Shown: piece after piece, positions 52,201-64,000 of the stretch
Numbering within the stretch: position 1 is the stretch's first letter
How the letters are laid out: the number at the start of each line of letters is the position of its first letter
Origin: Azolla caroliniana
Lineage: Eukaryota; Plantae; Polypodiophyta
Assembly (NCBI GenBank): GCA_043228905.1
Contig: JBHGNT010000008.1
Span: 18,042,001 to 18,106,000, forward strand
Direction: 5' to 3'
DNA: 64,000 bases
Made by a program: the position numbers and the translations under genes
Notes under the pieces: model-generated
The model's input: only the letters and a program-made list of their open reading frames with translations
Databases searched by the model: none
What the model was told of the DNA's origin: nothing

Positions 52201-55200
52201 ATTTTGCAATGGGATGCAACGTCATAAAGAAGATCATATAATTTCCATCATATTCAAGTCCTTTTTTATCACCGCCTTAGACCCATCAAGGAAATAGAAA
52301 TTTAGGATCATTAGAAATTTCTTCTTCTTTTAAGCTTGACTCTCCTGAATGAAGTAATCACATGCTTTTTCTTGCAATTTGAATCATTATGAAGATTCTT
52401 AATGCTATTCTAAGTCATTAAAACTGAGAATGTCAATGTAACATTTAGTCTCCCACTCTTTGGATGCTTTTACACTACAACAATGCGGAGGTTACGTACC
52501 GTTTTGAGCATGTTGAAGTGGAAAGTATCCTTTATGGAACCAAGTTATACAAGTACTTACACACAATAAAATGAAGTGCCCACATACGAATACTTTTGGC
52601 TTGGCTAACTAGAAGAACTACGCAAATAATTAGTTTGTGTCTGCTCATTGAGTTATTAGGTTAGATCCATGAGTTATTGTTCTATCAACTACTTGAGGTT
52701 TTTTCTCAAGCATTGTTGGGTTGAGGAATATCATTTTTTGGGCAATGTATTCACATGTTTGTATGTTCAGATCCATGTATCAGTATTGTGTGTAGATTTG
52801 TGTATGCACATATGTGTTGCTTATATGTTTGCGCATGCGTTCATTTGTTTCATGTAGTTTTTTTTATGTATATGTCTGTGTATGTGTGCACCTACATGTG
52901 TGTGAATGTGTATGTCGAAGCATGTATGATTGTGTGACTTCGTGCTTTTGATTTTATGTGGGTGTGCATGTATGTGAATGAATGCATTAACATGAATGTA
53001 AATGTACTTTGTGTTTGTGAGAGAGAAACTTGAAAGGATGAGAAAAACACTAAGCTATACAAGGATGGTAGCTAAGTTGAGCTTAACAAACAACACAACA
53101 ACTTTAATGATGCAAAAGTTTTAACTTAGGAGATTGAGAAAAGGGGGAACTAGGCAGAGAAACTAACTAGGGTACTAAGGATATCGAAAGAGAGTGACTT
53201 TGTCTGGTACAAAGATAGAGGTTGAGAGAGAATGGAGCTCCTCTCCTCTCCTCACTCATATCATTAATTCATTCATTGTCTCCCTTGAAAACAGACAAAA
53301 CATAGATAGTGTGTGTAATATATATGTTATATGTTATTATATGTACATATATATGTATGTGTGTATATGTGTGTGTTGTTGAGGTCCTCTATGTTCCCTA
53401 TTTTGTCTCATAACTTTGAAGGATCTAACATATATTGCGTAACAACCCTCAAGTTCACTGACACCAATTCTAGTTCTCACATTATGATGAATCTTTGATA
53501 ATAAAAAAAAGATAATTATATTTCTTGCACATACGAAAGATAAGTGTGCATGCACACACCATTTTCAATTCATGTGCACTCCTTCCATGCCAATTTACTC
53601 TCTCTTCATCTCTACTTGTTCATGCTTTGTCCCTAGTACCTCTAAAGCCGACCAATCAAAGCAAAAGTGACAACTCTTTCCACGCAAAGATTTTTCTACC
53701 AAGGGTACCTTTTAGGCACACGACTGTGGGGCTGCGGAAAAGGAAAAGAAAGGTTGCCTCTTCTGCCCCCGGTGTGAACAAATCTTCACAATTGTGACAA
53801 TCAATCAATCAATCAATCAATCTTGCCTCCCTTGACGATAGTGTGGAAACTGAAGCAATGTCAACATTTTTGCCTTGTTAATTAGACATTGAAGTAATGA
53901 GGAACTTGTAAAAAGGAGTTTTGTCGTTTTTGTGAACTTTATATCCCATTGAAATTCAAGATGAATTGGATTCAACTTGTAGGCTTAGTGGAGGAGTAAA
54001 GACACTTTTTAATTACTTGGCTTACACCTTGTTAGATTCTACTCTAATGTTTAGTATATTTCTTTACAATATCAAAAGCATTAAGCAAGCTAATGTGGAT
54101 AATATATGAGCAATTGTCTTGTAATGATAAACAAAGGACATTTTTCGAGGCATTAGAAAATTTCGTTTCCGTTGTTATCACTATCCTTAGGGAAAATTGC
54201 CATAATATGCTTATTTATATTAGTAAATAAGTAAGCATGCTTTCATGTTTCAAAATTCTCAATACATCGTTGGTCTGTAGCTTCAAATCACACGAAAGTT
54301 TATATAAGTACATAAGTATACATCGTAGAAATAATTTAGGGTTAGGAAACTTGATTTACAACAAATAGGAAATCATTTGTATGAATTACAATATTTACCG
54401 ACTAACTAGAAGATTGATAGAATTCGAAGCCATCCAAAGCTTAAAATGTAAATTAATAACTTCGACTAAGATCTAAATCAACTGTAGGCTGATTGCGCTA
54501 GAGTATAATCCACAATTGATTGCTGATTATATCTTTTGAGTGTGTGCTTTGAACATCTATGTTGCTTCTTTACTTTATGATTATGTGTGTACATTTTCAT
54601 GTGATTAGGAACCCCTAACATTGACCAAGATGTGTATGTAGATAAATTTGAAAACTAACAAGCGCAATTTATTAATTTGAAGATATGTATAGGCCTAATA
54701 TGATACAATTTCTGCATGTTTATTTAGATTTGCATGGAGTCTTGTTTTATATACGTTTATGATCATATATGTAACAAGGTGTTTGCATTGCCATATTAAA
54801 AAAAAATCCCAATATTCTATACTAAAACAAATAAAATATCGTCTTTAATTATTTATTGCCATTGATCGATGTGTGAAACTTTGAAGAACTTCACATACAT
54901 GCCAATCATCACAATTATGACATACGAGACATTTCATTTTCAATTACATAATGTATATAATCAAGGCTTAAATAGTAATGTTACGTAATCTAGGTGCATG
55001 ACAATATTTCTCATTCATTGTAGAGCCAAAAAGATTGTCCACTTGTTTACAATTGTAATCAACGTCTATAACATCAAGATGTGTATTGTTAAGGTTTTTT
55101 TTAGGGTTAGATATAGGTATTGTTACTTGGCATCATCCATAACAATCATATGGACAAGTTATTATGAAGACAAATCAAATGAGAAAAGAATGCAAAAAAT

Positions 55201-55890
55201 ATTCGTGTTAAATAATTTGTCCTCAATCACTTTTCCCCAAGGCAAGGCAAACCAATGAAATCATCATGCTTATATGTTTCTTTTAAAGAAAGTCGAGTCT
55301 AATACGAAAAGTATCCAATCACATGGTAAAATTTTAAAAACTGGTGATACACTGATATAAATAGGATGAAAATCAATCAATTCCTATGATTTCCACGAGT
55401 ACACATTGAGATGATCACATACAATAGTATTTCAATCAGCCCCATCCCTAAACATTGTTTCCATGCCAACCGTATAATGTCACCTTGTTTTATAGTTTCA
55501 ACTTCATTCATGTATGATTTCATACGGTAACTAATTTATTCTCTGAGTTAAAACATCTTCCATTGTACTCTCTAACTCTCGGATACTCCAAATCCATCAT
55601 ACATTACAAAGATCCCATTGTGATTCCAAACACAATTCTTGTATCACTTTGTTGATGATTAAATATGGTTGATTTATAGAATATCACTTTGTACTGATAG
55701 GAAAGCCTTTTCCTATGCGGGTTTTCCCTTCTGTGATTGGTATTATATCACTAGAATTTACAATAGGTCTGAATAATCATGATAAGTGTGTATTGTCAAT
55801 AGTATAAGTTAAAAATATACTCATGCTTTCTATGTATTGCGGTCATCATTCATAGTTTGCTTGTTAAAAAAGGAAAAAAGTTACCTTTGA

Positions 55891-57975
55891 CTATGACATA
55901 ATTCTTACGTTCAAATCTTTCAAAGGTTTGTGTTGAGATCGGGAAGGCTTCTTTGGCAATGCAATGTATACGAGTCCACGATGAAAAGAAGCTGAAATAT
56001 TGTCGATGATAATATTCGGTGGAAGATTAAACTTCCTCGTGAAATTTCTACCTTCACGCTCTACACAAATGCATCTCAAAAAGTCATGGGACAGTTCCGA
56101 CTCATCTTGCTTTCGTCTTCCACTTATCTTCAAAATGCTGCTATTCTCGACTCGGACCTATACACATTAAAGTACCCGAAACTTCCAAGGAATGTTGTTC
56201 TTAAGTTCCCATTCACTTTTTTCACAAATATAAGAACTTTGTTTTTAAATGAAACCTTTAAATTAGTGTTCTTTAAACCACGGACTTCTACGACAAATAG
56301 ATATTGTTTAGGGAGTTCAATAACATCCACTGCAACCCCTATGGCAGGATGTGGATGCACCTCCTGCATAAACACAAACACAAACACTTTGAATGGCAAG
56401 TGCCTAGTACATAATTATAGGGACACATAGCATCCAATATCACTTTTATTCAGCATTTTAAGCCAAGAAGACCTTTGTTTTATTAGTAACTAATTACACA
56501 ATTTACACACATCTTTTATATATTTATCCATAAAAATGATTATATGTTGATGCCTATCCAAAAAATGGGACTCAAATTAGGTCTACAAAGAGATCATGAA
56601 ATTTTGCATTTTCCACCTCTCATTGACACTTATTATGTGCTCCTTGAAACACATGCACAATCCTCCTAACGACATGTCTTAAAGTGAAATGTAACTTCTC
56701 TTTCTCTCTCAAATGAATCGGCATTTTAATAAATTGTTGATCCCGAGTTCCTAGGCGATGAATGCTATATTGTGCAACCTTCTCTCCATGTCACACACAA
56801 TCCCCATTGGCTCCCCCCCAAAATGGTTATTTCAAGTTGCAAGGTACTTCGGAGACGAGTTGGTGTCTAGCACACAAGGACACGAGTTCGTGACATTACT
56901 ATCTATTCCCTATTGTTGTTATTTGCTAATAATATGGCAATCTACGCAAACAACAACAACAAAGTAACGACCCCCTACAAATTCTATCATCTCTCACCAT
57001 TATACTTGTAACTATACCACACACACACACACACAACACAACACATTGAAAGGAGAAATTAACATGATCCAAGTGGACATTGACCTTTGGGCGACAAATG
57101 AGGCTAAACGATGGGGTCGATGTCCTCACGATGCTCATTTGCCGGGCAGCCAAGGTCGATCCGGGCGGGGACGGGATCCAACTCACGTACTCGTTCACAT
57201 TGTCGTAAGGGAGGTTCTCGAGCCGAACAAAGTTAGGGTGGTAGCAAAGGGGCGGGGGGAGGCGAATGTATCGATTGTAGTCGAGGAAGCAAGTGAAGGC
57301 ATAGCCATCGCAACGCGACCTTTCGGCCTCGTCACGGGGGGCTATGGCCGATCCGGGCCTAGTGTGTGCGCGTCCTTTGTGGCTGCGTTCAATTCGTGAG
57401 TCGAGATCATCGATCCAAGGGGAGGTCAAGACACGATTCATGGCCTCCGAGAGGGAGGACGAGGCGACGGAGAATTCATGGTCCGTGGCGATCGGAGCCG
57501 TGTCTGTGTCCGTGTCTTCTTCTTCTTCTTCATCGGGATTGCGGTGGATAATCACCGAGATTGCCGTCCCGAGACTGCGGGCCGGGCTCCTTTCCTCGTC
57601 CCGAGGGGATGAAGGGGTAGGGTGTGTAATGTCCGGCGAAGAAGAGGCGGACATTTCCGACATGTCATGAACATGCTCTGCCCGCGGAGATGGAGATGGA
57701 GATGGATAGACATTAATCTCCTCCGAGATAAAAGTATCATCGCCGGAAACTCGAGGGGGATCTTCGATGATAGGAAGAGGATGGGCCAATTCATCACTAT
57801 CATCATCATCTTGGATGGAGGTATTGTGAGGGGGCTCTCCATGAGGAGATGCAGGGTCTATAGGATCCTGAGAGGGCGGTTCAGAAGGTGGGTGTTCTTC
57901 TTCTTCTTCTTCTTCATGATGGGGAGGAGTAGTAGTAGGGGATGGTGGAGATGGAGGATCAAGGTCTGAATCCAT
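55891..57975 (-). CDS. Alpha-crystallin-domain (small HSP-like) protein, ~421 aa, with a long acidic/Pro-rich N-terminal extension
   Basis: Exons 57975-57085, 56363-56256 and 56157-55891 join in phase 0 through GT-AG introns. ACD: AVDVIELPKQYLFVVEVRGLKNTNLK|VRVENSSILKISGRRK..ICVERE..FTRKFNLPPN..DNISASFHRGLVYIALPK. Joining of exon 1 is predicted only. Confidence 0.75.
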
Positions 57976-59182
57976 GGTTTCTTGGTCCCCAGGTTATGAC
58001 TGCTCTAATCCTGCTGCATGTCCATCATCACCATCGCCACACCATCGTGTAACATCATCATCTACACACACACACACACACACACATTGAAAGGCCACCA
58101 TCGCCAAATCTTGCACCCTTTCCCAGTAGGCGTGTCATGTGTATGTTTTGTGTGTGTATACACTTAGTCACGCCTTCACATTGAGAGCACTTCTTTGCTA
58201 CCTTCAAAATGTATATGTGGGTTTCTTATATTTCCAACTCTTCATATAGTCAGATACCGCTACTTTTTGCTTTTTCCCGTGACCCAACCATGCGACCCGT
58301 GAGATCTGACGATGCAAACAACCTTACACGAGGAGATGCAGAGCATTTCTCTAGCTCTGATCGATTCAGACATGAGAAATGAACGTCCGAACTCGAACGT
58401 CACACGTAATGCAGGATCCTTTATCTAGATAAGGGAATAACACTCAGTAATGTGTAGGTTCCCCATTGGTTACGTTGTAACTACGCGTGTTCTGATGCGT
58501 GTCGTGTAGCTGTCCGAACCCAAGACTTGCGAATATGAGGGTTTGGTAGTGATGACAATATATTTCCTCACAAAATGAAGAGCCACTATTAAGATATCTT
58601 TGTTCACTGAAATGAGGAGCCACAATGGTAATACATTTGTTCACAAAATGAAGAGCCATTGCTTATAGTGTGTGAGACTAGGATCTAGAATCTAGAGAAT
58701 CAATTTGCCCTTGTGTGGATGGTGGAAGGGAAGAAAGTTGAGGTGTTCACCATAATCCTTAGAAGCAATTCGCAAGAGGGAGGGTTGTGGATGTGGATGC
58801 GCTAACACTTGAATATGGATTCTACTTTATATACTAGTTGGCATAGAGAGAAGTGTAAAAAGATGAATACCAACTCTTTGTTAACAATGCGACGTTGTCG
58901 TGACGTGGGGAGTGCACAGAAGGAAACAAGTTAAACTATAAATATATAGAAGGTTAAAGGATAGGGCAAAGCAATGCTAAGAGGACAAGAAATGAGTTAT
59001 ATTTAAATACAATAAAAAGCCTTAGCTCAATTGGTAAGGGCTACTTGTACTATGATTAGAAAGGAGATCAAGTGGACAAATGAATGGTACGAAGGATATT
59101 ATTATCGGCTTTTTATTAGCAAGTGAGGTGCATGCTAAATTAAAAAAAGGCATCCATTACTCTCTCAAACCCTATCGATGGG

Positions 59183-59560
59183 AGAGCAAAGCTCATTGTT
59201 AAAAAACTTTTAGGGGCAAAAGGAGGAGCTCTTCATTTTGACATCTTGGAGCCTGAAGGATCTTCTTTGCATTAAGGTATAATTTTGGATTTTCCACTTC
59301 TTCTCCACCTCGAGAAACATCTCTCATTGACAAGAGCAAAGCTCATTGTTAAAAAACTTTTAGGGGCAAAAGGAGGAGCTCTTCATTTTGACATCATGGA
59401 GGATCTTGTTTGCATTAAGGTTAATTTTGGATTTTCCAGTTCTTCTCCACCTTGAGAAACATCTCTCATTGACACTAGCTAGGTCAAGGAGGAGCTCTTC
59501 ATTTTGACATCTTAGAGAATACTTTTGCGTTAAGGTATAAATTATGGATTTTCCCACTTT
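59183..59560. repeat. Imperfect ~150-bp tandem duplication with a partial third copy
   Basis: agagcaaagctcattgttaaaaaacttttaggggcaaaaggaggagctcttcattttgacatc at 59183 and 59333; aaggaggagctcttcattttgacatc again at ~59486. Confidence 0.8.
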
Positions 59561-59699
59561 TTCTTCTCTACCTCCTCTTCCACTTCAGAGGGTTTCTTAC
59601 TTCTTCATCACCACGAAGTTCATCAAGTGTTGATGACTTCAAGAAGGGGACCAACTAGCTCGCATGTTGGTCATTGAAGGGAGCACAAAGTGACCCAAG

Positions 59700-60540
59700 A
59701 ACACCACTTGACTTTTAGGCACCATTGCCGTCGGTAGTGACTACGGTCTCGGTGATTCACTCAACTCGCCCTCACATTTTGGAAGTTATAAATTTTGTTG
59801 TTCTTCACTTCTCCTCCATCTCCTCTTCGACTTTGGGGGTTTTCATGGTCTTCATCACCATCAAGATCACCACACATCGACAGCTTCGAGAAGGGTTTGA
59901 CCAATCGCACAATGGTTGTGGAAGAGAGAACGAAGTGGCCCGAGAACACTACTCAAACATTGAGATGCCGTTGTCGAAAATATTTGCAGTCTGGACAACC
60001 CACTTGACTCACCTTGACCAAAAGCTCCAAGCCTACCCCATTCTTTTCTAAGCTCTAATCCTTGTCAAAGCCACCACACTCATGGCATATTATTTAGTGA
60101 ACCCTATTTCGATGTAAAGAAACTCTTATTCTCTAACTAGATACCAATCTATGTGTTAGAGCTAGCTACTACATAAGCATAATATAGATAGATAGAAATG
60201 AAAGGAGAGAGAGAAAGAAGGTTGCCGATCCACACGGCCACCCCCGAGCGAAGGGATTGAGACGGACTTGAGCCTCGATTGGCATCCCATACCACCGTCG
60301 TGGCGTCGAGTCGTACCTGGTACTGGCATGCTCGCTACAAGAGTTGATCCACCACAAGGATAGAGTCTCGACGTAGTCAATAATGTGTCAAATGAGGGTA
60401 GCTAGGCCTCATATTTATAGCTAGAACTAAGGCCCCCAGGCAAGTTCACACTTGGCCTTAGTGGGTTGTCTCAATCCCAAGGATCAAAAGTAATCCTCTT
60501 TCTTTACACTCTCGTTTAACCCTCACACTTTATCCACATG
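59700..60540 (-). mobile_element. Heavily degraded LTR-element remnant (LTR plus iMet-like PBS)
   Basis: Minus strand: TATA-like ctataaata ~60412-60420, LTR-like end ...ctctaaca ~60154, then TGGTATCTAGTT ~60146-60135. Confidence 0.4.
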
Positions 60541-60593
60541 TATAGAATACTACGGTAAAATCTTACCACGAGATATTATATGGTCATGCCCAT

Positions 60594-61000
60594 TGTCGTG
60601 CCTTTCGACGTTGGATCGTTGCGTGAGTCGGGTGGTAACCGTCGAGGTTTTGGACTAGGAGGAGGAGAATTTTAAGGATTTTTAGGTAGATAAGAATAGA
60701 TAGATTAAAAGAGAGAGATATAGATAGAAAACACGTGAATCCCAGGAATATAGTAAATTAGTTTTACTTAATATTTAAAATCCTAGTAATAAATTGGAAT
60801 AGTTTGGAATAGATTAGAGTAGATCAGGGAAAGAGATCAAAAACTCGTGAATCCTGCAAATATAATATATTAATCAACCCTTATAGAAAAAAAATCAACA
60901 ACAACAATACATCTTTCCCCCCTTCTTATATAGTGATGGAAGAGGCTAAGTATATCTTACCACATGGCAAGCATCATGCTTTTTCTAAAGTGTTTATGCA
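60594..61000 (-). mobile_element. Partial LTR of the same family as 62259-63152, in inverted orientation
   Basis: tgtcgtgcctttcg..ggatcgttgcgtgagt..gttttggactaggag..aagcatcatgcttttt is the reverse complement of ~62800-63152. Confidence 0.8.
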
Positions 61001-61064
61001 CACTAGATGTGCGTTGTAAAGAATCGATGGTGATTCTTGTGCAGCGGAATAGATATGTGTGTTA

Positions 61065-61095
<31 letters not shown>

Positions 61096-61331
61096 AAAAT
61101 AGAGGAGAGAAGAGAACACAAGATAGATAAGCAAGAGAAATAAAATGCTCAAGAAGAAGGTGTATATTTCACAAGTAGAATAGAGATACAAAAATGTAGC
61201 ATTAAAAGGAGTCAGAACCGACTTAATATGAAGTAGGAGGAGGGTGCTTTATATAGGGTCACTCTCTCTCTTCATTTACTCACTACAACGTCCACTCTCT
61301 CACTAGAGCCTTGAGGAGTGTGAAGTCTTAT

Positions 61332-62258
61332 TGTTGAGCGGCAAGCTCAACTGGAGCCGGATCGACTGAATAAGCCTGAGCCGGCAAGTGAGATGGATCG
61401 GTAAGCTGTGAGCAACTGAGCCAACAAGCAACAGAGCCGGTGAGCTGGGGAACTGGTTAGCCGGATCCAATCAGTAATCGGAAGCCTAGTATTAGTGTAG
61501 ACTACTAGGCAATTATAGTCTCGTAGTAAGTGTCAGATGCTCGTGTGAGCATTGAAGTATGCGGTACTTCTGACAGTCCCACGAGGACTTGTATAAATAA
61601 TGCTACTGAGCATAGTTGTATGTACAGAGTAATTATATCGTTTTTGAATATAATAACTTTTACGTTCTACTCTCTCTGTCTCTCTCGCGCACTCTGTGTA
61701 TTCACTACTTTCTCTGTTTTCTAACGCTTCCGCAAGTAATTGTTTACATGGTATTAGAGCGCGAGGGTTGAGAACCTCCTCTGCAACCGACAAACGCTGA
61801 TAGCAAACCCTAACAGGTCGTAAAGAAGTGATGGATAGAGGGATGGCTAGGTCGCTCCTTGTGGAGAAACTCGACAGATCCAACTATGCATCTTGGTCGT
61901 ATAAGATGCACTAGTACCTGCTTGGGCATGGCTACTGGAGTTTCATCGAAGGAGCCAACGAAACAACACCTGATGCGGCACATAAGGACTTCCCAATGTG
62001 GGAATAATTAGCAAGCAGAGTGATGTAGTGCTTCATGTCTAGTGTCGGAGACCAGCTGCTGAGCCACATCCAAGACGCCAAGACGCCGAAGGAGGCTTGG
62101 GGGAACCTGAAGAAGGTTTTCACTACGAGCACTATAGCCCGGAAGTTGCAACTCTGACAGGAGTTGAGCAATGTCCAACAGAAGGACATGTCGGTGGCGG
62201 ATTACATGGCCTGGATCAAAGAGATATGTGACTCGCTTGCCTCTATCAACGTTACCGT
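61332..62258 (+). mobile_element. Second Ty1/Copia element: 5' LTR, PBS and decayed gag, interrupted at 62259
   Basis: LTR ~61332-61748 (TGTTG...TTTACA; start uncertain). PBS TGGTATTAGAGC 61749-61760. gag from 61831: EKLDRSNYASWSYKMH*YLLGHGYWSFIEG..AKTPKEAWGNLKKVF..ICDSLASINVTV. Confidence 0.85.
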
Positions 62259-64000
62259 TGTCGTAGTGTAATTCGCACACTACGTGAAAAATTACATTTT
62301 TGGTTTCTTCGGATAGGATATGGAGTACCCAGTGAGAACCGGAAGGAAGAACCGGTGAGGACTGAAACCGGTAAGGAGATCCGGCAAGAGCCGGATAAAG
62401 AAGGCCAGTGAGAGTCGATGAGAAACAGACAAAGAGGATCGGTAAGGAGGATCCGGTAAGAACCGGATAAAGAAAACCGGCGAGAACCGGATGAAGCAGA
62501 ACCGGCAAGAGCTGGATGACGAAGGCCGATGAGAGTTTCTCAATAGATGAAGAGACATATTTGTAAATAGAAGAAAGTATAAAATTATATATTACATGCA
62601 TAGGGCAAGATTCGAACCTTGCACCTCCATGTTAATAATGTTAAGCCTTATCATTATACTAGCGTATTATGAATTTTAAAGTTATACTAAACTTTATCCC
62701 ATGTAAATATACTAGACATGTATGGTACAAAAAGTTATTCATGCATAGACACTCGAGTTAAAAGAAAAGATGAGATAGAAAGCTAATCATGCACATACAG
62801 TGTGCATGAAAACTAAAGATAGGAAAAGCATGATGCTTGCATGTGATAAACTTAGACTCTTCCAACACTATATAAGGAAGAGAGAAAGATGTATAGAGGT
62901 TGTTGATTATTTTACAAGGGTTGATTAATATAATATAATCGTGGGATTCACGAGTTTGCTAACTATTTTTCTCTCTTAATTTGAGTACTCACTAATACAC
63001 TATACTCGTGGAATTCATGAGTTTTTCATATCTTTCTTTCTTACAATATATTTCATATTCTTAATTGCCTTAGAATTTTCTTTCCTCCTAGTCCAAAACC
63101 CCAGCGGTTCCCACCCAACTCACGCAACGATCCGGAGCCGAAAGGCATGACACAAGTGGTGAACCCGACGTGAAAACGGGTGGCAAGGAGATGGAAAATC
63201 AACCGGAGGCTAACAACATGATGATGATGTTCGAGCGGATGCTTCAAGAACAACGTGCGATGTCGGAGATAGCGGCGACAGTAGAGCGGCTCGTGCAACG
63301 GATCAGGCAATTCAACGGGAAGGACGTATCGCGCTATCTTCGGAACTACAAGGTGGAAATGATACGATGCGGGATTTTGGAAGGACTGCAAGTGACATCC
63401 TTGAACCGGGTAGCTACCAACAAGCTTCAAGCAAGTATCCACGTGCTACGACAACAAAATTCGACGTGGGAAGCATTTGAAGAGGCGCTAAAGACTACGT
63501 TCGCTATCGAGGACTCCTCCAAGGCAACGCGGAGAGGATTCGAGGATTGGGTAGAAACACCAGACAAGGGGATGAAGGTCCTCGATGTGTTTTCGGCATT
63601 CGAAAGTCGGTTCGGGAGGTTGTCTGCGAGAGATCAAGCTATCCTCGCACCGAACAATGTTATCATGTTCTTACGAGCCGTAGATGTCCCGAACCGGAAG
63701 GATCTTGGAGTGCTTCTAGAGGACACGACTACCAAGAGTGGCCTCACCGAAACATGGAAAAGCATGCGGGATATTGTCGCGTGATACACAAAGAGGGGGC
63801 AATGGCTTGCCAACGAAGAAAAGAGGGTTTCGGAACCGATTCCGAAACCGAGATCCGTATCGGAAGACCATCAACCGCGGGGTCGGGAAGCTACGACTGA
63901 GAAGGGAATCGATGCAACTACGGTGGAGCAGTTGTTGAAGGAGATGGAGAATCTAAAAATCGTGATGGTGAAGAAGTCGGATGACCGTCCCACAAGTTCC
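62259..64000 (+). mobile_element. Probable Ty3/Gypsy element: 5' LTR, tRNA-Trp PBS and start of gag; runs off the window
   Basis: LTR 62259-63152 (TGTCGT...CATGACA). PBS TGGTGAACCCGACGTGA 63157-63173. Gag-like ORF from ~63191 (QFNGKDVSRYLRNY, TWEAFEEALKTTF). No pol is in the window, so the superfamily is inferred from gag. Confidence 0.78.

Noticed and set aside
49400-55800. Many 60-90-aa ORFs in AT-rich intergenic DNA
   Set aside because: No recognisable domains or consistent splice structure; often driven by microsatellites.
59019-59075. tRNA-like 5' half (gccttagctcaattggtaagggc); similar fragments near 18160 and 18600-18650
   Set aside because: No T-arm, B box or acceptor stem could be paired. 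At most these are decayed SINE pieces, not tRNA genes.

Overview
Eukaryotic land-plant nuclear DNA: AT-rich, with spliceosomal introns. The retroelement repertoire suggests a fern or lycophyte, but that is inference. Host genes: EB1 (5'-truncated by the window), tRNA-Ala(AGC), an ER FKBP15-type PPIase, a cofactor-dependent phosphoglycerate mutase, a MORN-repeat PIP5K (minus strand) and an alpha-crystallin-domain (sHSP-like) gene with a long acidic N-terminal extension (minus strand). The centre (18.9-43.1 kb) is a four-level retroelement nest with recognisable target-site duplications: L1 LINE > Ty3/Gypsy > Ty1/Copia (Tto1/Tnt1-like) > RTE-X-like LINE. A second, partial LTR nest fills 58-64 kb. 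The most unusual observation is in the Gypsy element. It has no polypurine tract; 2 nt before its 3' LTR lies a sense copy of a tRNA-Arg(UCU)-like 3' end (GTCCCACAGGCGTGCCA), an inverted counterpart of its own PBS. This suggests tRNA-primed or self-primed plus-strand synthesis. The same element carries a decayed ~1,100-codon extra ORF after integrase. Coordinates were read by eye and may be off by a few bases.
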